Assembly: GCA_020348985.1 (NCBI GenBank)
Contig: CP070761.1
Span: 2,988,564-3,018,113, forward strand
Direction: 5' to 3'
From: Candidatus Thorarchaeota archaeon
GTDB lineage: Archaea > Asgardarchaeota > Thorarchaeia > Thorarchaeales > Thorarchaeaceae
Length of the DNA: 29,550 bases
Positions 1 through 8,224 of this stretch are shown piece after piece. A program made the translations under genes and the position numbers. The notes under the pieces were generated by a model that was given only the letters and a program-made list of their open reading frames with translations, made no database searches and was not told the DNA's origin. The stretch's first letter is position 1, and every line of letters begins with the position of its first letter.

Positions 1-211
1 GGATGGCTTTTCCGTTTCTTACTCCCTCATAAACATAGCCGTTCGGCGTCAGAAGTATAGACTACCGTTTCAATGTCCTTCACCTGCTAAACATCTGTCA
101 GCCTTGCAGATGATCCAGCTGAGAAGAGCCATAGCTTAAGTGCAGTCGATTCTAATTGTTGAATATCGCAAGATGTTCCGGGAGTATCGACAAGGGGCTG
201 ACGGATTAGCC

Positions 212-1774
212 ATGGGGACCGGTTTGAGAATTGCATGTGGCATAATCTATGTTCTTTTTCTAGTCCATTCACAGCTATTCTTACCGTCTATTGGAGCAGA
301 TCTTTCTTCAATTGATGTGACTTCGCGAGGAATGTATCAATCCAATTCTAATTGGACAACTACGCCCCACGAGAGAATATCAATTGGATCTGACATTGAC
401 TTCCACAACCTTGCTGCAGAAGAAGAGTGGCCAGGAATAGGACTAGAGAATAACCCGTACATCATCGAAGGATTTGAGATATCTGACGTTGGGCCGGGAA
501 TAAGTATCGATGACACAACTGTCTATTTCGTCATCCGTCAATGCATCATCTCATCCGATGAAGAACCCTCTGGTACTGGAATCTACCTGTATAATGTCAC
601 TCACGCATCAGTTGAAGACACGATAATAGACACGAAAGCCAGAGGAATCTATCTAATATTCACGTCAAACTCAACGATCCAAAACGTTACCATCAGAAAT
701 GCCGAAGAGGAAGCATTATACATTCGCGACTCGGCAAGCTTAGTCCTGATTGGTAATTCTGTAAGTGACTGCAATCGGGGAGGGGTTGTTGTAGATAACT
801 CGGCAGATTGCACTCTAGCCGGAAATAGAGCATTTAGATGCAGTCAGGATGGTTTTGTACTTCACCGAGCATTGAATGCCACTCTTTTGAATAACACATC
901 TTCGGAGAGCGTGGGAAACGGAATCAGTCTTCTGTCCTCCTCGAGTAGTAGTCTCTACAACAATACTGCTGATAGAAACTCATACACGGGGATTCACCTG
1001 GAAGAGTCTGACGATACTATTCTAGCAGGCAATTCGGCTTTTGATAACTCGGGTTATGGAGTTTCCTTAATCCAGTCTAGTTCTTGTATAATGATCAGTA
1101 ACTCAGTCTTCAGGAACAGTCTTGACGGATTCTTCCTCGTCGAGTCTGACTCTTGTAGCTTGACCGTGAATGAAGTACACGGAAATTCGGAAGTAGGAAT
1201 CAGACTGTTTGTCATTCTGAACAGCATTCTCTACGAGAACAGCATAGGATGGAATAGCGGCGGAAATGCCTACGACGATGGCATCAACAGTGTCTGGGAT
1301 GACGGCATTAGCAAAGGCAATCGCTGGAGTGACTACGAAGAAGGGGACACATACGTTATTCCAGGCACGGCTATGAGTATTGACAGATATCCAGCAATTC
1401 TATTGGATACGTTTTCACCTACAATAGATCACCCTCCCGACATTCAGTATGATTTCGGGGCAGCTGGTCAAAGCATCTACTGGAACACATTCGACTATGA
1501 ACAAGACTTCTACGAAGTCTCAGTTGATGGGACAAACATTCTCACAAGTGAGTGGAACACTCGCGGAATAAGGGTGGACGTGAGTGGGCTTGAACAAGGA
1601 GTCTATACCTACACTTTGAGAGTTCATGATATGTCGGGCAATACTGCGGAAGACTCTGTCGTTGTTACAGTATCAGGACCTCCAATTTCCATGGCCGCAA
1701 TCACTGTAATTATCGGCGTGATCGTCATAATCGTGATCCTAGCTGTTGAGATTAGAGGAAGAGAAGTGCTATGA
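212..1774 (+). CDS. Secreted, C-terminally membrane-anchored right-handed parallel beta-helix (NosD/PbH1-like) protein with Ig-like domain
   Basis: The track ORF is 140..1774; ATG 212 gives a hydrophobic signal-like N-terminus (MGTGLRIACGIIYVLFLV). It has many GIxLxxSxxxxxxxNxxxxN repeats, a GNRWSDY...DRYP motif, an Ig-like segment (YTYTLRVHDMSGN) and a C-terminal TM helix with a short basic tail. Confidence 0.85.
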   Translation: MGTGLRIACGIIYVLFLVHSQLFLPSIGADLSSIDVTSRGMYQSNSNWTTTPHERISIGSDIDFHNLAAEEEWPGIGLENNPYIIEGFEISDVGPGISIDDTTVYFVIRQCIISSDEEPSGTGIYLYNVTHASVEDTIIDTKARGIYLIFTSNSTIQNVTIRNAEEEALYIRDSASLVLIGNSVSDCNRGGVVVDNSADCTLAGNRAFRCSQDGFVLHRALNATLLNNTSSESVGNGISLLSSSSSSLYNNTADRNSYTGIHLEESDDTILAGNSAFDNSGYGVSLIQSSSCIMISNSVFRNSLDGFFLVESDSCSLTVNEVHGNSEVGIRLFVILNSILYENSIGWNSGGNAYDDGINSVWDDGISKGNRWSDYEEGDTYVIPGTAMSIDRYPAILLDTFSPTIDHPPDIQYDFGAAGQSIYWNTFDYEQDFYEVSVDGTNILTSEWNTRGIRVDVSGLEQGVYTYTLRVHDMSGNTAEDSVVVTVSGPPISMAAITVIIGVIVIIVILAVEIRGREVL

Positions 1775-1810
1775 CGACGGTGTAAGGATTCCCATGTTTA
1801 TGGCTATTGA

Positions 1811-1829
1811 AACATTGGAGTCCAATGTT
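1811..1829. promoter_or_regulatory. Perfect inverted repeat AACATTGGA-G-TCCAATGTT, putative transcription-factor site upstream of atpI
   Basis: 9-bp arms with a 1-nt spacer, intergenic, about 15 bp upstream of a TATA-like TTTATCTA (~1844-1851). Confidence 0.5.
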
Positions 1830-1945
1830 ACTCTGTCACAATCTTTATCTATACGCCTCATGGCCCTTCTGCAGCGCACCGGCCTCTGTGTTTCAGAGCG
1901 TTGGGGTTTTCCCCTCTCTATCAAGACATCTTGGTGAACTATGAC

Positions 1946-4090
1946 ATGGGCATCTTGAACATGAGTCCAGCAAAAATGCTGGTTGCAAAGGTTGTTTCTC
2001 ATAGAGACTTGGATAGAAAGGTGATTCTTGCTCTCGAGGAATTCGCCAGAATGGAGTTCATCGACGTTCGTCGCCAGGCCGGTCTTGTTGATGTAAAGAA
2101 ATCACGCGATGAGCAGACTGTATACACAATACGTGACAGACTGATCCGAATCATCGAGACCCTAGGCATAGACAGAGACCGCAGAATGGGCGACAGGACG
2201 GAGGTTGAGGATGCCGACCTGGAACCATCACTTCGTCAGGTAGCTGAGGTCATTGCTGCCATCGAAGAAGAGGTTCTTGAGATTGAGAAAGACATCGCTC
2301 AGTCTAGCCTGGAGCTAGATCATCAGTGTGCAACAAGAGATGTTGCGGCCTCCTTGAAGCCACTTGGTATCGACCCTCGCAGACTAGGCGCAACTGAGTT
2401 TACCTTCACAATCGCAGGAGTCATCCCATCTGGCAATCTATCACAACTTGAGTGGAGTCTCAAAGAAGTCACAGAAGAGACCTACGCATTCAAGTCCATG
2501 CCCCCAAAGAAGGGAACCTGCGTCTGCAGTCTTAGCGTGCCTGTGGACAGAAAGGATGCAATTGAGAGAATCCTCTCAGCGCTAGGATTCATAGCTTTCG
2601 ATGTTCCCGAGGGGTCGGAAGGCCGACCTGAAGAGATAGAGCAAAACGCTGCAAGTCGGATTGCTGAGATTGAACAGGAGCTAGAGAACCTTGAGGCTCG
2701 AAGAGAGACAATCTCGCACGAGTGGGGAACTAGAATTCTCGGTGCTTGGGAACAGATGGATGTCGAGCAAGCCAGAATTGATGTGAAGTCCTATTTCGTT
2801 TACACAGAGCAATCTGTCAAGCTCTGGGGTTGGATTCCTGATGGCACACAAGAAGAGCTTGAGACAATCTTGCGTGCACGAGTCGGCGCAGCTCTCGAGG
2901 TCACGTTTGAGCACCCAGATTTCGCCGAACATGACTCGCCAACTTATCTTGACAATCCTTCATACATGGAGCCCACAGAGGACGTAGTGTGCGCATATGG
3001 TGTGCCCGACAAGGACGATCTTGATCCAACCAAGATTCAGTGGCTCTCATTTCCGTTCATCTTTGGACTGATGCTTGCTGATGTCGGTCAGGGATTCCTT
3101 GTTCTTCTGATTGGGTTTGCGGCACTTCGCGCCAAGAGACGCGGAGATGATTGGGGCCAGATTATGGGCTATATCCAGAGTGGTGCCGAAGGCCTGATTT
3201 TGATGGGCATCTTCGCAATGATTGGGGGTCTCTTATTCGGCAGTCTATTCGGTGCAGAGGTTATAGAACCATTATGGCCTGTCTTTGCTCACACGATAAA
3301 TGGAGAACACAATCCCTATCGTGCCGCGCACATGCTTAAGCTCTCAATTGAGATTGGAGCGATTCAGATTGCCTTGGGTATATTCCTCAAGATCTACAAC
3401 GAACTGAAGCACCGCCACGTGAAAGGAGTGATTGTTGCGATATCCTACTTCTGGCTCTACCTCGGATTCATCAATCTTCTTTTTGGAGTTAGTTACAACA
3501 ACATTGAGGCCTGGTTTGATCCGTCCGGCACAGTCAATCTTTGGATTCCAATTGCTGGAATAGGCTACGGTACAGGCAACAATGGAGTCTACCCGCTACT
3601 GCCTCTCAGTGCGATGACTTTCACTTTGATTGCCTTCCTCGTGCCTTTCATAATCATGGCCTTGGTGTCTTTCGCTGGTGGAATGGACGGCGTTGTCCAC
3701 TTCCTAGAATACGCCATTGGAATGATAAGCCACACAGTTAGCTACGCTCGAATCTTTGCTCTAAACACGGTCCACGTTATCCTGAGCGAAGTCTTCTTCA
3801 CGCTTGTGCCCGGAATCATTGATATTCCGCTTCCACATATCGCTCTAGGAGGCATCGAGATAATCCCCGAGGGAATGGTGCTGCCCCTCATGGGGGCCAT
3901 TGTCGGGACTTTCATAGTGGGTATCATTGAAGGTCTTCTGGCATTCATGCATACTCTTCGTCTTCATATGGTTGAATGGTATAGCAAATTCTACCACGCA
4001 GGAGGCGTTGCGTTCAGACCCTTCAAAGCGTTCAGAAAGCATACAATTGCCATAGCTCTTGAACCTCTCCCGACGAACATTCCTGCCTAG
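1946..4090 (+). CDS. atpI: A/V-type ATP synthase subunit I (subunit a family)
   Basis: Soluble helical N-terminal half followed by a multi-TM half. Motifs: FGLMLADVGQG, SHTVSYARIFAL (essential Arg), HTLRLHMVEWYSKFY..GG..FRPF. ATG 1946 is preceded by an SD-like GGTGA (track start 1901). Confidence 0.93.
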   Translation: MGILNMSPAKMLVAKVVSHRDLDRKVILALEEFARMEFIDVRRQAGLVDVKKSRDEQTVYTIRDRLIRIIETLGIDRDRRMGDRTEVEDADLEPSLRQVAEVIAAIEEEVLEIEKDIAQSSLELDHQCATRDVAASLKPLGIDPRRLGATEFTFTIAGVIPSGNLSQLEWSLKEVTEETYAFKSMPPKKGTCVCSLSVPVDRKDAIERILSALGFIAFDVPEGSEGRPEEIEQNAASRIAEIEQELENLEARRETISHEWGTRILGAWEQMDVEQARIDVKSYFVYTEQSVKLWGWIPDGTQEELETILRARVGAALEVTFEHPDFAEHDSPTYLDNPSYMEPTEDVVCAYGVPDKDDLDPTKIQWLSFPFIFGLMLADVGQGFLVLLIGFAALRAKRRGDDWGQIMGYIQSGAEGLILMGIFAMIGGLLFGSLFGAEVIEPLWPVFAHTINGEHNPYRAAHMLKLSIEIGAIQIALGIFLKIYNELKHRHVKGVIVAISYFWLYLGFINLLFGVSYNNIEAWFDPSGTVNLWIPIAGIGYGTGNNGVYPLLPLSAMTFTLIAFLVPFIIMALVSFAGGMDGVVHFLEYAIGMISHTVSYARIFALNTVHVILSEVFFTLVPGIIDIPLPHIALGGIEIIPEGMVLPLMGAIVGTFIVGIIEGLLAFMHTLRLHMVEWYSKFYHAGGVAFRPFKAFRKHTIAIALEPLPTNIPA

Positions 4091-4099
4091 AGACGTGGG

Positions 4100-6376
4100 C
4101 TATTGAGCTCCCCCTTGGTACAGGGCAGTAAGCTGAGCATCTTCAAGATAGGAAGGCTCTTGATCGCGCTCGATTCTTTGCCTATTGTCCCAAACTCCTC
4201 TCGCAAGAAGGTCGGCAACCTTTGCGTTGCCGTCAACTCTTTGGGCGGCCTGTGAGTCACCCACTTGCTGAAACACTTGTACGGCGACCGTGTAATTCCC
4301 TACAGCCTCTCTCAGGGCGTCGCTTGCATCTGTGTAGTATTTCTGAGCACCCGGCATGTCTCCCTTTCTCGATCGGAACTCCGCTAGGAAGTCACTCTTA
4401 GCGCCCTCCATTCTCGAAAGATCTCCACGGAATTTCATCACAACTCCTCGTAGCTGAGTCACTTGTGCTTCTACATTGTTGTTCTTCTTGATTTCTTCGC
4501 CTCTTACACTCCCTAGCTCACCTGCAGCCGCTTGATAAGAAGCCACAGCCTGCTTCAGCTTGAGGATTGTCTTGTCATGAGATCGCAACACACCTTCAAT
4601 TGACTCTTGATCGAAGTCATCGGGATGCTGAGCGAGGATACGAAAAGTATTGGCACGTTCCAATTGAGCACGAAATGCCCATTGCTCTGAGAGCCTCGAG
4701 AAAATCTGAGCTTCCGATGCGTATGCGGTGGCGAGAGCGAGGCGGCCTAGATCCGTGAGTTCATCGGCTGGCTCGAGATCATCAACAACTTTGTAGTAGG
4801 AAGCCGCCTCTGCGGCGTGAAGATTCTCTAGAATTCTTGATTGTATGAATTTGACACCCTGCTCAAGCTGCCCACTCAATTGAAACTGGATTACATACTT
4901 CACATTGTTCAGCAAAGCAAGGGTCTTATTCCTGAGGCCTCCAACTTCTTCATCCTCGGATTCTAGACTGAGAAGTATTCCGAGGCTAATCAATCCCTCC
5001 CTGATTGCTTCTAGAGCATCAGACGGGTTCTGTGTTAGTTGTGACGTCGCTTCGTCAAGCGCCTTGCCCACATCCGAAATGAGACCAGTCTTCCTCAAGT
5101 CTTTTGCAAACTCAATCTGTTCTAAGATTCCGGAGAGCTCTCGGTCCTTCTTCTTCAGCAATTCCTCAACAAAGGAGAATGTCCTCAAGTTCTCTTTGAT
5201 TGCGTTCGACAGCTCTCTAGTTTTTGAGAGTTTCTCGGCCTTATTCAGGTCCTTGAAAATGGATTGCAGTGTGGACAAGGATTCCTCTCTGTTATCCACC
5301 ATAAGGAGTCTCGTGAGTTCTAGAACTGCCGCCTCGGCGCGACAATAGAATGCTTGAGCCTTCTTGTGCTCTTTATCGATCTTGGATTGATCTGCGTTAG
5401 ATACGAGCGTTGGTACCTTCCTGAATAACTTCTCTGCCCTGCCAAACGCGTCAGACGATGTTGTGTAGAGTTGCGACGCATCTTCGAGATTTCCAGATCT
5501 CATCTGTGCGTCGGCGATATCATTGTAGGTCATCGCAAGATACACTTCGCTCAGTCCCGCAGTGTTTTTCTTCCAAGAATCGATCAATGACATCTTTGCT
5601 TTGTCGAATTCCTTGCTTTTTTTAAGGTGCGGAATAGCTTCATTGTATAGATCTGTTGCTTGTTCGAAAATGAACGATGCAAGCATATCTCGCCACACAA
5701 GTTCGTCAAAAGGGTTGAATGCCTGCCTAAAGGTGCTCTCTACTCCTATGAGCTCGTTCAGAAATTCATCATAGAATTCGGCTTCGGCAAGCTTGTTCTT
5801 GCCAAGTATTTCGGCAAGCTCCGTTTCTTCAGCATATTTCTTCTCACTTACTAGTGAATATGCCTTGTGCCCAAGCGCTACACGTCTCAGCTTCTGTGTG
5901 CCATCAACCTTGGCCGGTATCGCTGAGAAAGGCCGCTCCAGCATAGTGTAGACAGCTGACAAGGCCTTCGATGCAGACTTGATCTTTTCCTCATGTTCCT
6001 CTTCCACAAAGGGTCCGCTTGCCGCGGCTGCTTGATGGAGCCATGAAAGAACTTTCGATAACCACACATCTGCCTGCGTATTCTGTGCCTGAGTAGTAAG
6101 TGTATCAAAAACTTCCTGAAGCTGCTGCTGTTGTTCCCCTTCAATCTGCGAGATTCTTTCCCGAAGATATGCTAGATGGAAGTCCTCTATCATGGTCTCT
6201 TCATTGAAGTTTGCTAGTTCCTCATAGAGTGAGGAAAACACATCGTGCATTTGGATTCGCTTCTTTTCCAGCCCTGCCTTGTCGTCGATGTCATGCAGGG
6301 AGAAATCTCGAACCGCTTCCTGAGCTAGAACATTCAGTTCAAACAGCTTGCTCGTATAGACAGTGACCCCTGTCAT
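4100..6376 (-). CDS. Large all-alpha hypothetical protein with TPR/SNAP-like helical repeats
   Basis: 775-aa ORF (likely ATG 6376), rich in A/E/L/K. TPR-like segments are ADAQMRSGNLEDASQLYTTSSDAF and AEFRSRKGDMPGAQKYYTDASDAL. No TM segment or catalytic motif seen. Confidence 0.75.
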   Translation of the reverse strand: MTGVTVYTSKLFELNVLAQEAVRDFSLHDIDDKAGLEKKRIQMHDVFSSLYEELANFNEETMIEDFHLAYLRERISQIEGEQQQQLQEVFDTLTTQAQNTQADVWLSKVLSWLHQAAAASGPFVEEEHEEKIKSASKALSAVYTMLERPFSAIPAKVDGTQKLRRVALGHKAYSLVSEKKYAEETELAEILGKNKLAEAEFYDEFLNELIGVESTFRQAFNPFDELVWRDMLASFIFEQATDLYNEAIPHLKKSKEFDKAKMSLIDSWKKNTAGLSEVYLAMTYNDIADAQMRSGNLEDASQLYTTSSDAFGRAEKLFRKVPTLVSNADQSKIDKEHKKAQAFYCRAEAAVLELTRLLMVDNREESLSTLQSIFKDLNKAEKLSKTRELSNAIKENLRTFSFVEELLKKKDRELSGILEQIEFAKDLRKTGLISDVGKALDEATSQLTQNPSDALEAIREGLISLGILLSLESEDEEVGGLRNKTLALLNNVKYVIQFQLSGQLEQGVKFIQSRILENLHAAEAASYYKVVDDLEPADELTDLGRLALATAYASEAQIFSRLSEQWAFRAQLERANTFRILAQHPDDFDQESIEGVLRSHDKTILKLKQAVASYQAAAGELGSVRGEEIKKNNNVEAQVTQLRGVVMKFRGDLSRMEGAKSDFLAEFRSRKGDMPGAQKYYTDASDALREAVGNYTVAVQVFQQVGDSQAAQRVDGNAKVADLLARGVWDNRQRIERDQEPSYLEDAQLTALYQGGAQ

Positions 6377-6533
6377 GTCTATCTCTTTGGCAGGCTTCGC
6401 CCCAATGATGTTACCCACTATGAGCACTCCGAACGTGTTCTGGGTAACGTGCCCCAGCCATACCTATTAAGAATACCTAAGATTATGGGGGTTTTGCGCA
6501 AAAGCCGACACGTGCGAGGTTTAGAGGTCTTCC

Positions 6534-6920
6534 CTAAATCTCGTCTTCTGATGCTGCGAATTTGATTTCTCGACCATCTCTGAACTTGACAAGATAGCCT
6601 TCTTCTACCAGTTTATTCAGTACTTCACTGGTCCTTGACCGTGACTTGCCCCAGAGGCCTGCAAGCTCGGTGGCAGTTAGCCCCTCCTCAGATTCCTGAA
6701 GAAGGTTGACAAGTCTGTTCCAGCTAACGTCTCTCTCAATTCCTGATTCACCTTCTGAGAATATGTCATACTGACCACGTGCCCTCGTTTGTCCTGCAAC
6801 GGGCTGCGCTGGATGAAGTCTTGAAGTAAGATCCTCAACTGTTTGTTTGAGCACTGTTACGGTCTCTCTAAGCTCCTCGATTTCGTTCTTGAGCAAATCC
6901 AGCTCACTGTTTCTTGACAA
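6534..6920 (-). CDS. Coiled-coil plus winged helix-turn-helix DNA-binding protein
   Basis: N-terminal heptads (LDLLKNEIEELRETVTVLKQTVEDL) and a C-terminal wHTH (GLTATELAGLWGKSRSRTSEVLNKLVEEGYLVKFRDGREIKF). TTG start with a GGAGG SD, 2 bp after the upstream ORF. Confidence 0.85.
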   Translation of the reverse strand: MSRNSELDLLKNEIEELRETVTVLKQTVEDLTSRLHPAQPVAGQTRARGQYDIFSEGESGIERDVSWNRLVNLLQESEEGLTATELAGLWGKSRSRTSEVLNKLVEEGYLVKFRDGREIKFAASEDEI

Positions 6921-6922
6921 TC

Positions 6923-7276
6923 CTATTCCTCCTGAGCCTCGTAGTCCTCACGGAATTCAAGGTAGTTGCGGCCCTTCTTCTTTTTCTCAAAGACCTCTTG
7001 AGCTTCCTTTGGTTCGAAATCCATCTCACGAATAGGAGCATAGTGTTCCATCACATTGATTTCATCTGAAGACTCCTCTGGATCTACAGCCTTTTCGGAC
7101 TCCTTCTCAATCCTCTGAGACTCTATGGTCACAGAGTCATCGTCCTCCTTCTCTGCTTCACCTCGAGAGACGCCTGACATAGTGATTTCGTACTCTGATT
7201 TTCCGAATCTCATTATGTCTCCAATGATCTCCTTCGTTTTCTTTGTGCATATTGCATGTTTATGCTCGTATGTCAT
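6923..7276 (-). CDS. Acidic, probably partly disordered hypothetical protein
   Basis: 117-aa ORF with ATG start, abutting the wHTH gene, with a TATA-like element upstream. Confidence 0.65.
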   Translation of the reverse strand: MTYEHKHAICTKKTKEIIGDIMRFGKSEYEITMSGVSRGEAEKEDDDSVTIESQRIEKESEKAVDPEESSDEINVMEHYAPIREMDFEPKEAQEVFEKKKKGRNYLEFREDYEAQEE

Positions 7277-7280
7277 TTAA

Positions 7281-7330
7281 CTAACACCGTCAACAATAAT
7301 CGACAACTACCAACAATTACCAACAAACCG
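7281..7330 (-). repeat. Four (possibly five) direct repeats CRACAA at a 10-bp period in the promoter
   Basis: 7291 caacaataat, 7301 cgacaactac, 7311 caacaattac, 7321 caacaaaccg, plus a degenerate off-phase copy at 7281 (ctaaca). They lie between the minus-strand TATA-like CTTAAATA (7331-7338) and ATG 7276. Confidence 0.7.
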
Positions 7331-7352
7331 TATTTAAGAGTTGTGAATCGAA

Positions 7353-8132
7353 CTACTCAATTGCCATGGATCTTGCAAAGGTCATGTAACCAGTGTGGGC
7401 AATCATCCAGGTTGTAGGTCTTGTCTTGTTTTCTCTAACCATGATTTCTCTTTGTAGGACCTCGAGGGTCTTGATCATGCCCCACTTACTGCTTTCTCCA
7501 AGTGCTTTGGAGGTCTTCATTACCTGTTCAATCGTGGGACTGTAACTAGCAATGAAATGACTTGGTTTCAAGGCCCGATGAGCCACGTCCACTACAAGCC
7601 ACGGTGTTGCCATATCCAGAACAACAGCATCGACATTCTCCTCCTTGATTCCCTCCAGAATGTCTTTGTTGTGCATCGTGATTCTGTCCATGGAAGCATA
7701 GCGTTCCAAGTTCTTCATGGCGCTATTGAACATGTCTTCTCTCAGTTCATATGTGTAGACTTGGCCAGTCGGTCCTACTGCTTCTGAGAGAACCCAAGTT
7801 AGTGCCCCCGAGCCAGTCCCAGCTTCTACGACTCTGCTCCCGCCTCCTATTCCTGCTTCTACGAGAATGATACCTGCATCCTTAGAGTAGATGATCTGCG
7901 TATTCCGTCCAAGAGAGGTTTGAATATCCGTTTGGCTCGGACGATGTATCTGAAACACTTTCCCTGAATGGCTCTCGATTTTGATTCCAAATGGGCGTCC
8001 AATTAGGTCATCGTAGGCAATGACTCCCTTGTTGGAGTGAAAACTCTCTCCCTTCTGCACCTTGCGAATCCATGTTCTCTTAGCATCCAAGAATATGTAG
8101 ACATAGCTTCCGTCCTGAATCAGCTCAGACAT
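7353..8132 (-). CDS. trmI: tRNA (adenine-N1)-methyltransferase, TrmI/GCD14 family
   Basis: Motifs: TQIIYSKD, VVEAGTGSGAL (SAM-binding), LDMATPW, YSPTIEQV, RPTTWMIAHTGY. Likely start is ATG 8132 (track start 8183 overlaps the divergent gene). Confidence 0.93.
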   Translation of the reverse strand: MSELIQDGSYVYIFLDAKRTWIRKVQKGESFHSNKGVIAYDDLIGRPFGIKIESHSGKVFQIHRPSQTDIQTSLGRNTQIIYSKDAGIILVEAGIGGGSRVVEAGTGSGALTWVLSEAVGPTGQVYTYELREDMFNSAMKNLERYASMDRITMHNKDILEGIKEENVDAVVLDMATPWLVVDVAHRALKPSHFIASYSPTIEQVMKTSKALGESSKWGMIKTLEVLQREIMVRENKTRPTTWMIAHTGYMTFARSMAIE

Positions 8133-8224
8133 GATCCCTGATTGCGTCGGTGTCGTTTTGAGTGTTGCGCGCGCTCGTGCCAATCTTTATTGGAGTTCAG
8201 AAGCCTCCACGAAGGGGGACACAG

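Noticed and set aside
1-85. Minus-strand GGTGA + TTG AAA CGG TAG TCT ATA..., suggesting amber (pyrrolysine) readthrough
   Set aside because: Only ~24 codons are visible, TAG is the ordinary stop of many genes here, and plus-strand frames could equally be the end of an upstream gene.
7005-7030. GGTTCGAAATCC resembling a tRNA T-loop
   Set aside because: It lies inside a coding region and no cloverleaf can be built around it.
7281-7330. CRISPR array
   Set aside because: The units are 10 bp with no spacers, and there are no cas genes.
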